From Octopus vulgaris (Eukaryota): DNA of 64,000 nt. Numbering within the stretch: the stretch's first letter is position 1; the number at the start of each line of letters is the position of its first letter. The notes under the pieces were generated by a model. It was given only the letters and a program-made list of their open reading frames with translations. It was not told the DNA's origin and made no database searches. Location of the stretch: positions 4,030,001 to 4,094,000 of the forward strand of contig OX597819.1 of the NCBI GenBank assembly GCA_951406725.2, given 5' to 3'. Shown piece by piece: positions 52,909 through 64,000 of this stretch. A program made the translations under genes and the position numbers.

Positions 52909-53599
52909 AACCAAGCTGGTTCTCTATTTTCCTCCTGCAAAAGGATTTTTAAATCCGAAGCAATAAAGCAAATGAGCAAATCGTCGTTTTTGTCTTAATT
53001 TTGGTGATCACTCCTCTATTTTCAACGTGTAGCTTTCTCTTTTACCTTTTCTCTGTGTGTGTGTGTGTGTGCATATGTGTGTGTGTATGTGTTTATGAAT
53101 CCATATACATACATACATACTTACATAAGCATGTGTTTGTGTGAATATATACATTCATATATGCATACGTTTACTAACAGATATATATATATATATATAC
53201 CGACATACATATATGTACTGCATAAAGATACATGCACACACACACACACACACATATTACACATAGATACAAGATACACACACGCATGCAAACATATTGT
53301 TTTCTGACTCTTTTTTCTTTGTTTACTCTTCTCAGTCTTTATCCTTTCTCTCTCTTTCTAGCTGACATCTTTAACTTCAACCTAAGTTTCCGTTTATTTA
53401 TTACTCTATTATTTCACTTTATTTCCTTTCATTTACTTCACATTTTAGTCTCGTTCTATCGTTTTCGGTAACATTCTTTTTCCTTGCACTTTGGTTTAGC
53501 TCCAACATTCTGTTTTATTTATTTTTTCAATTCTTCTTTCATTCAATTTTTCATTCTGTCACTCGCATTCTCACTCACGCATTCATTACCTCCATCTGC

Positions 53600-53661
<62 letters not shown>

Positions 53662-56600
53662 TTTTATCCTTAGTTTTCATATACATATTTTTTTATCTCT
53701 TAATCGAAATTTTCCACGGCTAATCTTTCTCTTTCTTGTCCCTCACATTTTTCTATTCCCCTTTTTCTTTAACATTCTCAAAGAAAATATAAATAAATAA
53801 AATAAATCAAGGTTACGAAAGAAGAATAACATCTGACCTTTACAATCTATGCCATGTTTTCCCTGAAGCCAACGAAAGACTGAAAACATTATTATTTCAA
53901 TTAGAAATATGGCCTAGCAAAGGTGAGTTGTCGACCGAGGGAAACAAAGACAGTGCAGACGTCTAAACAAACTGTCGCGGCAATAATTCAGTGTGGATTC
54001 TAATTATCTCATACATATTTATATCTCAATTAACACCCATATTTGATGCTTCATAGATATGCATATATCTGAACAGAAACACATCACCATACATATCTGC
54101 ACAAACATATATGCATGCATGTAACAATAGTAATATGCACATTGGTGCATAGATGTATGAATACATGCAAGTGCATATACAAATGTGTCCACATTCAATT
54201 ATATAGTCATTTATATTCACAAGAAATTTTATACATAAATTACACTGGCACATACATGCACACACATACATGCACGCGCATACATGCACACACATACGAA
54301 TACATCGTCTGTTTCTCTTTTACTCTCTCACGATCTCACTGTGCGCGCGCACACACACACACGTATACACACATACATACACACACCCAAAGAGGAATGG
54401 AAAGAAAAATAATATCTATTGTCTGTATACATCGGGAAACAAATCAAAACTGGCATAAACAGACGCAGACATCCGTACAGGCACATATGTTTACCTAAGG
54501 GTTTCGGGCCACAGCTAGAGTTATACACGTATATTTGACATGGCATAAAAACAAGGATAAATGCAATAGAAATATGCAGCGTGTGTACAATTTGCAGACA
54601 TATTTCTGAATAACAAAATATACATAAGTTCATCCTCGCCAGAACATTATTATTATTTTTTTTTTCCAGTTAAAATAATCTCAAATAGCATATTTTTACT
54701 TTAAACTAATCGGCTTATGTACTTCTATTGTATCGTCATGCATATAGGTCCATGAAGAGAAGATAATTCTGAATGTGTTTGTGTGTGAGTGTATGTATGT
54801 ATGTATGTATGTATGTATGTATGTATGTATGTATGTATGTATGTATGTATGTATGTATGTGTACATACATAAATATATATGTGCATACTGTTTTTGCGCG
54901 TATGCTGGCGAATTTAGAAATAGTTAAATTACCCCGTATATTTTATTATAGAAAGAATTGTTTACTTTTACTAGAGTTCGTATTAAATAACTGCTTATAT
55001 TTAACCTCCACTTGTAACTTGAGTTGTATGTCCCTCATATTTTTTCTCTGCATAATGCCAATTCTGTACACTATATTTCAGATCGTTGCCATTATAGCCA
55101 GTTTTAAAGCTTAAACATTTAATAAAAACAATTTATGAAATTAATCCATAAGCTATTTAAATATTTTACAAACATATTAAGTGCTTATATTGTTAACTGT
55201 GTGTAAGTGTGCGCTTCAATTATCGCAACAACTGCACACACACACACACACACATACACATACAGAGAGAGAGGTTAATACACATACATACATGAAATAA
55301 TAAAGGATATTTCTCATTTGCGTAACTGTTCTGAAAAAGAAACACTTTCACTATATAGTTTTTCCTGCTCCAATTTTATTGTGATACTTCTTAGTTCAAA
55401 ACTTTAAAACTTTTTGTTAGAAATACTGATATCCGTCATGTTGCTGAATACTATCTCCACATACTCGTTTTGGTAACCTATTTCGAACGTTAAGCTTATA
55501 AAATCTGCCTCTTAGTACTAATAAGACATGCGCTGTGAACTATAACCTACAATTTGAACTCGTTAAACTCGTCAAAATAATTCTATGTTTTACAAAGTTC
55601 CATATTTTTATTTCGATGTATAACTTTATAATTCTTTATAATAGTGCTTCATTGTGTTAAAGACTTTGATTATCTTTGCTTTCAATCCATAATTAAGATT
55701 GATTACAGCATAACACTCGAACATCGTACGAAATTGTTCATTCCCTCAAGTTTCAAAACCGCAAGTTTTAAAATCAATGTAATAGTATTAATATATTGTT
55801 GTTTTCAGGTAAAAGTACGAACAGAAACCAAATTTTGTGATTTACATTCGACTGATTAATTTTCTAGATCAGCAATCTGTTATTTCAGAGTAGCAAAACA
55901 ATTTCATAAGAACTTATCTAACTGTGCTCATTTACAGTTATTATAACTAAATTGTTTCTCAGTAATTTAAAACATCTGGGGACCATTGCTGAAAAGGATG
56001 GATATAATATGTCCTGCTGATCTGCAAATACGTTGAGGTTCATATCAAAGAATTCACCCGGGTGATCTTAGATACATTCAACAACCCATAAGATTCACAT
56101 TAGTTTTTTACAAAACGATGCAGCAATCTGAGCAGTCTTGGGTATCGTGGTTCTGAAATTTGGTGCCACAAACTAGAAACGAATATGGTTCGAGTTGTGG
56201 ATGTCATTAGAATAATAAGAATGTGACTGTACCCTTGAAACTAGAGAGCTGTGGCTTAAACCATAGCAAATTTGCTGAACTTTTCTGTGCAACTAAATGA
56301 AATGCGTAAGTGTTCTTTGGGTAAGATTATGTGTTTATGACGCCTCCCTTCATGTACAGCCTAAAGGAGCGTTCGGTTTTAATTCTTGCAAATTAAATAT
56401 ATTAAAAATAGTAAATACAAGTTAAGATGCTTTACTGCTATGCAGGTGTCACGTTCACTGCACCTCTGGATTTCACGATCCATGATAGATTAATAAATAA
56501 AGGATTTTGCTAACATGATTGAACGAAAACGTGTAGCACAAAAATAGAAATATGAAAACTGTATTGAACTAGAAGTTGAAGGTAAATAATTTTAACTAAG

Positions 56601-57052
56601 AAACATACTACAAAACGTAATTGACAGTATTTGAATTAAAAAAAAAAAGAAATATAAAGAATTGAAGAAGCTAGAAATAAAGCATACTGCAGTATGCTAT
56701 GTTGAATAATGAATCTGCCAAATATTTTGTTTACTAAATTTAATTACATTCTGCAGACAATCAGTTTAATATAAAATAAAAGAAACTGTGCATTTTAAGA
56801 TATATCTAAACTGGTCGGTTTCTATTTAGGTTTCTACTTAGATATATTTTTGCATAGCTTCATGTACAAATATAATAAATGGGAATAAGATAGATAAGTG
56901 CCCCAGTATGGCCGCAGTCTAATTACTGAAACAAGTAAAAGGTAGAAGATTTAAAAAATGACTTTCTGTGAATGTTTGAGTGTATAAGTGAAGAGAATTG
57001 TCTACAAATGAAATACTATTACCATGCCTATTCTTAAGATCTTACTCTTTAT

Positions 57053-57510
57053 GGGGCTAGACCAAGGGAGCGGTAAAATGCCTGGCAATATGACAATTTT
57101 CTTGTTCTGCGACTGTTGGACTCCTCAACCGGGGTGCCACATCCTGTGATACATTCTCTAACAGCAACTTGGTGTGTTCAGCTGCCCGCTCAGGCTCCGC
57201 TCAGGCTCAGCTCAGGCTCAGCTCAGGCTCAGCTCAGGCTCCGCTCAGGCTCAGCTCAGGCTCCGCTCAGGCTCCGCTCAGGCCGCTACGCGTCAGGTTG
57301 AGAAAAGCAAACTGTCAAAGTATCGGTCGCTCTCTGACAGGTAAACTAACGGTCGAGCCAGTGGCAGTAGGGACCTCCCTCATTCTCGTCCTAGGGACCA
57401 TATCCCTGCTCACCGCTATTGAGGAGATGATTATTCACGAGTGCGAGCCCCTAAATCAGAATGGCTGTTCCAGCGCATCTCCCTTGCCATCTTCCATTGG
57501 GACCATGAAG
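57053..57510 (+). pseudogene. Decayed CRE-like (RLE-type) non-LTR retrotransposon C-terminus
   Basis: Across frameshifts: DQGSGKMPGNMTIF (cf. DGKRPDGxT), ATSCDTFS (cf. WDATCxDT), EKSKLSKYRSL, EPVAVGTS (cf. PVAVETSG), SEWLFQRIS. Confidence 0.7.
57187..57283. repeat. 11-bp minisatellite (C/A)GCTCAGGCTC, about 9 copies
   Basis: Seen directly. Confidence 0.95.
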
Positions 57511-59292
57511 CGGTATGAATTACAGGAAATTAAAAGAAATTAAGAATTTCATATCTATCTGATGTTTTGTCAGTTGTCTCCTTATTATGTCTTTTGATTA
57601 GGCAAACAAATAAAGAAAGCATGGGAAGTGTAGTTTTTTTATGCCTGTCCCAATTCTGAACATATTATAATTACAACCACGATATTATTAACGTTTTACA
57701 AATCCGATTGTAAGTACTGTTCGTTGTAGTAGATAAATATCTCAACAAATGAAATGAAAATTTTAGTCATATCAAAGCGGTACATGGTGTTGTAGTAGAC
57801 TATCACAGTAATCCATATCTCCCTGTTATATCTTCATTAAGCACGATAACGTGGCGTAAGGCAAGCAAGTAATGATGATGATGATGATGATGACGATGCC
57901 CCAATTCTTATCTATAACATTAATAGAAGTAGTAAAGGGAATATGCTGAAATTGGTCAAATCAAATTATTGTGCTTGTCAAAGTAAAAAAAAAATTATAA
58001 ATAAATATTACTGTTGATACATATTTATAATCCTAATATAAATAGCCTATCCTTTTGGCAATCTAGCGTCCATATATCAATTTACAAAATCAATTACGTA
58101 GCATAAAATGCTGAGTCCATATCCAGCCAAGACAGAATTTTGACCATGTGTGTGCGTGTTTACATTTACGATCAAAATAATAACGATTATAATAAGGTAC
58201 TCCATCCTCTGAAAGGAAAGGATTTCCCCTACTTTACACAGAGCCTGTCTGCTTTTAGCCGACTGTTTTGAAGATCGGTCCGGTAGATAAACGACGTAAA
58301 GAATATTTAAAAGCAGCGGCAGCTCAGAGAATAAGGAATTTCGTTTTTCACTGACTGAGTTACTCGAGGAAAATAGGGAATATTTTACACATCTCCAATG
58401 TAAAATAAATATTGTTGTAGTTCATGATTTAATAAAAAGATCATAGGTTTCTGCTAAAATAAATACAGCAATAATTAGGGATTTCACAGACGAATCGTGG
58501 CGATCTATTAAAGTAAATATTACTCCAGTTAATGATGTGATGGAAGGATTAGAGAGGGTTTTAATATCTCCCAATTTATTCTGATATCTTGTTTTCTTTA
58601 CCCTCTTCCTCTATCCTTGCCTCACAACTTCGTTATGCCTTGTCCAATACTCTCTTTCTTTTTTCTACCTCCCAAAATTTCTAACTTATTTCTCTTTCTT
58701 TGCGATTCCTTCTTCTCTCTCCTCTTCCTCCCCCTCCTCCTCTTCTTCTTCTTCTTCTTCTTCTTCTTCTTCTTCTTCTCTTTCTTCATCTTCTCCCCTA
58801 ATCTTTCTCTCGAAGTTTCTATTTTCATTTTGCCTTCTATCAAACACATTCTCTTTATATTCCCGTTTGGTCGACGCCCTAATTTATTCAGCTATATATT
58901 TTTCATGCTCTTTATTTCTATACGTAACTTAATACTTTTGCTGATTCGTAGTCGCCTTCCAACATCGACTTACTGGTTCGAATATTGATTTTTTAAAAAT
59001 CGATTTTATTTTTAATTGCACATGACTACGTATTGCCAAACCACATTTTTTCTTATAAAAACGCTAAGTTAATTTACACAAATATACTCATTCGCACGCG
59101 CACATGAGATACATTGAAATACACTGTTAGTTGTACAATGCAAGACTTTGTTCATTTATAATTACAAAATAATTTTCAACTAAAATGTGTAGCAATGTGT
59201 ACGTGTGTTTTATTGACATCATTTCTTTATATGTGTGTGTGTGTGTGTGTGTTTGCTTTTAGTGATTACACACATATACATATGTATATGTT

Positions 59293-59350
<58 letters not shown>

Positions 59351-59499
59351 TATATATATATAGATAGATAGATATACATACATACATGCATACATACATA
59401 CATACATACATACATACATACATACATACATACATACATACATACATACATACATACATACATGCATACATACATATATACATATACACATATATATAT

Positions 59500-60229
59500 A
59501 AAATAATAGTTATCGCCATACTAATATGGCATTCTTATAAAAATAAGAAAAAAGCTGTCCGCTTATTAGCTCCATGAGGCCATCGCCTTAAGTTAGCTAT
59601 TTGATACACAAACTGTATCCATATAACCTTCGAACAAGGGAGGTCAGTCGCTCCACACTACTTGACCGGCAGCTACAGACGCGTTTCGAAGGTTATATGG
59701 ATACAGTTTGTGTATCAAATAGCTAACTTAAGGCGATGGCCTCATGGAGCTAATAAGCGGACAGCTTTTTTCTTATTTTTATAAGAATGCCATATTAGTA
59801 TGGCGATAACTATTATTTTCCGGGAACGCTGCCGCTGTTCTCTTTTAGAGAGACTTAGTTATTTTAATATTTCTATTATTGAAAACAAGTGGATGTATTC
59901 CACCGAAACTAGGTAAATAAAACCATCGAACAGAGATTGTCGGAAGCGACACCTACTGGCTGGCTACGCTGCATTGAAAAGGGGCAATACTCCGAAACGC
60001 GTCTGTAGCTGCCGGTCAAGTAGTGTGGAGCGACTGACCTCCCTTGTTCGAAGGTTATATGGATACAGTTTGTGTATCAAATAGCTAACTTAAGGCGATG
60101 GCCTCATGGAGCTAATAAGCGGACAGCTTTTTTCTTATTTTTATAAGAATGCCATATTAGTATGGCGATAACTATTATTTTCCGGGAACGCTGCCGCTGT
60201 TCTCTTTTAGAGAGACTTAGTTATTTTAA

Positions 60230-60238
<9 letters not shown>
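59500..60238 (+). mobile_element. Young non-coding Penelope-like / retrozyme-like element: ~1.5 tandem 362-bp units plus inverted 5' copy, inserted in (TA)n
   Basis: 59685-59876 repeats at 60047-60238 (period 362); 59500-59688 is the reverse complement of 59993-60181; no mismatches seen by eye; contains an HHR. Confidence 0.8.
59968..60009 (+). ncRNA. Minimal type I hammerhead ribozyme, U3-A8 core variant
   Basis: GCUGCA - UUGAAAA - GGGG/caaua/CUCC - GAAA - CGCG - UC - UGUAGC; predicted cleavage after C60003. Confidence 0.75.
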
Positions 60239-60299
<61 letters not shown>

Positions 60300-60904
60300 C
60301 ATATACATGTTATATATGCATTTACACACACTCACACGCAGATATATGTATGTCTGCATGTATGTATGTATTTGTATATATATAAAACCAGCTGTATTAT
60401 TTATACTATAAACACCAGCTACTTCTTTCGAATGTGTTCATACATTGTGGAAATGGGTTAAATTGATGTGTATAAGTATGAAGAAAGATAAGTCAGCAGA
60501 ATGAAGGGAGAAATGCGATTTAGTGGTTTACGTGTCTTTGTCAGGTATAAAAATGGCGTATGTAAAGTAAATTGCTTCGAATGAGTATAAAAAATATTTG
60601 GTGAACACGGTATTGGTTTTACGTTCTTTATCTTTAATCACAATCTGTCAGGTGATGTTAAAATAAACGGTAGTCGAGAAAAAACAAAAACACTTGAGTT
60701 ATTTCAGTTAATCTAAAATCTTGTTGAATAATAAAGAATTTTTTCTTCTCAGAAAAGTAAACAAGGAACTATTTTCACCAAAGAATAGGAAAAAAACAAA
60801 AGTGTCATGCAATTGATACAAAACACGATATATTCAAAACTCCAAAATGTTCTAAGCCAAATAAGCTTCTACTCTTCGATCTACTGATTGTTGACAAGCT
60901 TTAA

Positions 60905-61113
60905 CCCTTCAGTATTTACACAAGCCATATCAGTCCCAAATATTCTACCTGTTCTGTTCAAACCAGCCAGATGTGGCCTCTCACACCTACCGAACAATGT
61001 CACTCTAAAAATGAACAATCACATCATCAAAATCTCGAAGCTACAAGATAATGATCGATTAATTCAAAGTAAATAAGCATCATATTTGACAGAGTAATGT
61101 GCATGCTAAAGGG
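60905..61113. mobile_element. piggyBac-like MITE
   Basis: TTAA|CCCTTCAGTA ... TGCTAAAGGG|TTGA termini. Confidence 0.65.
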
Positions 61114-61204
61114 TTGAGGGTCATATCGGCTGAGCATTTCGCCCGTCGGGCTAACGATTCAGCCAGCTTGCCGCCTTCATATCCTCGTAATATTAAATCA
61201 AAAA

Positions 61205-61800
61205 TAGTCAAGTTAGAAAATTTTGGAGTGCATTCACAAGATGTTCCACGGTGTCCTCTCTAGCCGTCAAAGAAATGTTCGGGTAGCCATGTTCTTGCGA
61301 TATCAGGGAAAATTTAGAAGTCACTATCAGTCAATGTAGTATGAAGAGGACGGGAATTATTTGTTATGGTGCGGGTCATTGCATGAGCCGTTCAAGCCAA
61401 ACATGTTCCGGTTACACTAAAACTTCTAAATATAAAACACACACTCTGAAACAAGTCGCACCATTTGTTACAGTTTCAAGAGAGTATCAGCCGCCATAAA
61501 AGATGCAGTTTTATCCACTGATGACTGTCTATACGGACTGCTTCCTCACCTGACCAAATTAAACAATTGATTAAACATTACGAAGGAAATCTCACAGAAT
61601 TGAGTTCCACTGCCAAAATCGTCTTCAGTATTTTCTGCACGTTCATGTGCCGGAAATTTAAATCCTAAATCATGTGACACGATGATGTCTAGCTTGCCTG
61701 AGGATGCTGTTCATAACTGATGGATGACTAGCTGAATATTCATTTTTTTCTGTCCCGACTGACTCCGAGAGACAAAAGCAAGCAACATCATAAATTAAAC
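61205..61800 (-). pseudogene. Highly decayed Tc1/Tc3-like transposase
   Basis: Minus-strand fragments LIWSGEEAVRIDSH (cf. IIWSDEAHFHLNG) and RTWLPEHFFDG*RGHRG (cf. WLNEHFPGRWIGRG). Confidence 0.45.
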
Positions 61801-62208
61801 CTTTACTCATCTACTTGCGAAACAGTATATCAGTTGTTCCATAGTTGGTGAATCACTTCTGAATCTCTTCTGTTTTGTCGTTGAACTGAAAGTGGATATT
61901 CAAGCAAATATTTCTACTTAACAACCTAAGCACACCCTGAAGTATTCTACGCAATGTTATTGAGTAATATTTCTGAAAGAAGAATGTGTTTATATAAACT
62001 TAATGTATACAGCATTACTTCAAAGTAAGTTTGATTGCTATCACTATTCAACTCAAAAGTTATTTTACGGTGTTATATAACAATCCATGGCATAAACAGA
62101 CACATAAACACACATACACAGATATGTACATGTATGGATGCATGAATAGGTTTGACAGAGAAAGAGTATTGAATACATGTAAATAATGGATCATGTCGGT
62201 TTTGTATA

Positions 62209-62400
62209 CTAGTTTCAAATTTTGGCACAAAGCCAGAAATTTCAGGGGAGACTAAGTCGAGTAGATCGACTCCAGTCTTCAACTGGAACTTATTTATCGA
62301 CTCCAGAACTTATTTTATCAACACGGTACATTAATACATACGAAATGCCGGTGGGCATTTTGTCCGCCGTGCTAACGATTCTGCCGGCTCGCCGCCTTAA
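62209..62400 (-). mobile_element. Family B SINE with internal deletion/duplication
   Basis: TTTGGCACAAAGCCAGAAATTTCAGGG..GTGCTAACGATTCTGCCGGCTCGCCGCCTTA. Confidence 0.75.
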
Positions 62401-64000
62401 GCAATTTTGTATATTAGCATTTTAACGACTGAGCATATACTTAACGCAAATCTCTACCAGAACCAGCGTGTCGCTGTGTGTGCCACAGCTTTATCTTTTA
62501 AATTCTATGCACAATCCATCGGTGCACACTTTCCGTCTATTTAGTTTCACTCAAGTTATGAATCGATCCACATACTTCCTTAAGCTACCAGCCAGTGGGA
62601 ATCAAACGCAAGAACTCATGGGTTTGAAAAGCGTTCGACCAATATGCTCTTATACTCAATATATGCTGATCATCACCGTTTCTTGATTAGGGAGTATATA
62701 TGAATCAATAGAAAGGACTTGTTTCTATTGTCGTCTGAAGTAGAAATTGTGAGTAGGAAAGAAGTGAACCAACAACTCCGTACGTATGAGTATTAAATGT
62801 GTGTGTGAGTCTTCATGTGTCTTCACAAATCGAAATCTATTCTTGTACACTGAGACTATTTTACAGGAGCACTGCTATTCAAATAAAGCATAGTTACGTG
62901 ACAAGTTACATCCTCACAACGGAATATGCTTGCTTCCTTATCTTTTTAATTCCTTCCATTTGTATGACTGTAACAAACGATTCTTGCTAACAAAACACAT
63001 TTTAGATAGAATTTTTAGTCGAGTGGAAACCGAAAATACATCGCTAAGCTTACCGAGGCCAGCGGCAATATTTGTGCTCCTTATACTGGACGAAGAAATA
63101 AAAAAAAAACGTAAAGTGTATATACTGCATCAACATTTTTGTAAAATTGTATTTTGTATTAACAATTTATTCTGGTATTTGGTACGATTTTTACTTCATT
63201 GATTATTATTTATAAATATATGTTTTTGTCGCAGCAATCTAGATTGATTGAACAGCTATTACTTATCATATGTTATATACAATATGAAAGCAACCAATAT
63301 AGCACATCAACTGAAACTACTTATCATTGCGGGTCGTAAACATTGATAGCTTGGTTTTAAGTCTCTATAAAAGAGTTTATTTATTAGTTGATTTATATAA
63401 ACTTCAAATGCTTTGTGAGGTGATTTTTATGAGACATTATCATCATGACTAGCAATATCAGAAAGTAGACACTCTTTTATCCATCATGAAATCAATTAAT
63501 TATAGCAATCAATTATCTGTTACATATTTTATTAACCTCAGTGGGATGAAAGGTTACTTCGACCATGACAAACTAAAAGTCAAAAATATAAAACATGAAC
63601 TCAAAACTCTCCTATTTCAATCAGTTTTATGTATGTGTCGTTCACCCCAATGTGGAATTTATTATTGAAGAAGCAAGTTCTCGACATGGTTACAGTGATT
63701 TTAATTCACTGCACTGAAGCCACTGATATCCTTAGGGAAGTATAATCTTCGTATTTTCCTATTTATTCTTAAAACTTTATCTTAAGAAAGACAAGTCAAA
63801 GTAAAATGAAATTTTAAAATTGAAGAAATGTTTTCGGAGTAATGAGAAACAGTGTGCTTTTCTTTTCAGTAGAGGCTCAATCCTGACTAATAAAGAAAAA
63901 ATAATACAAGAGCTGTTTCGACTGATTGATTGATTAGTTGTACAGAGGTCTAACTGAACAAATAATTTCGTTAATGAATGATTAAATAAGTGATTCATTA

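Noticed and set aside
56145-56210. VVLK..NMV..SCGCH* resembling a BMP/TGF-beta C-terminus
   Set aside because: The pieces lie in three different frames, with no upstream CCxP or other knot cysteines; judged coincidental.

Overview
This is AT-rich, microsatellite-saturated eukaryotic DNA. The tRNA-headed SINE families (CORE-, Meta- and V-domain-like) and the (TA)n/(CA)n/(ATT)n load suggest a cephalopod, probably Octopus; this is inferred, not searched. I could not recognise any intact host protein-coding exon, and nearly all ORFs in the supplied track are microsatellite or SINE artefacts. The window reads as intron or intergenic sequence packed with transposon relics: about 25 SINE copies; RTE, R4/Dong-like, CRE-like and Tx1-like non-LTR fragments; Tc1/mariner, Chapaev-like and piggyBac-like DNA elements; and non-autonomous Helitrons. 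The most interesting signal is a set of at least five unrelated type I hammerhead ribozyme (HHR) motifs, mostly in short non-coding inserts in or next to microsatellites. The best is an apparently very young element at 59500-60238: about 1.5 head-to-tail copies of a 362-bp unit plus an inverted 5' copy. Its HHR carries the compensatory U3-A8 core variant, which fits a Penelope-like pLTR or retrozyme-type element. Two ~150-bp locally templated duplications at retro-insertion 5' junctions and several fold-back palindromes at (TA)n tracts are also visible. All family assignments come from motif recognition by eye, not from database searches.
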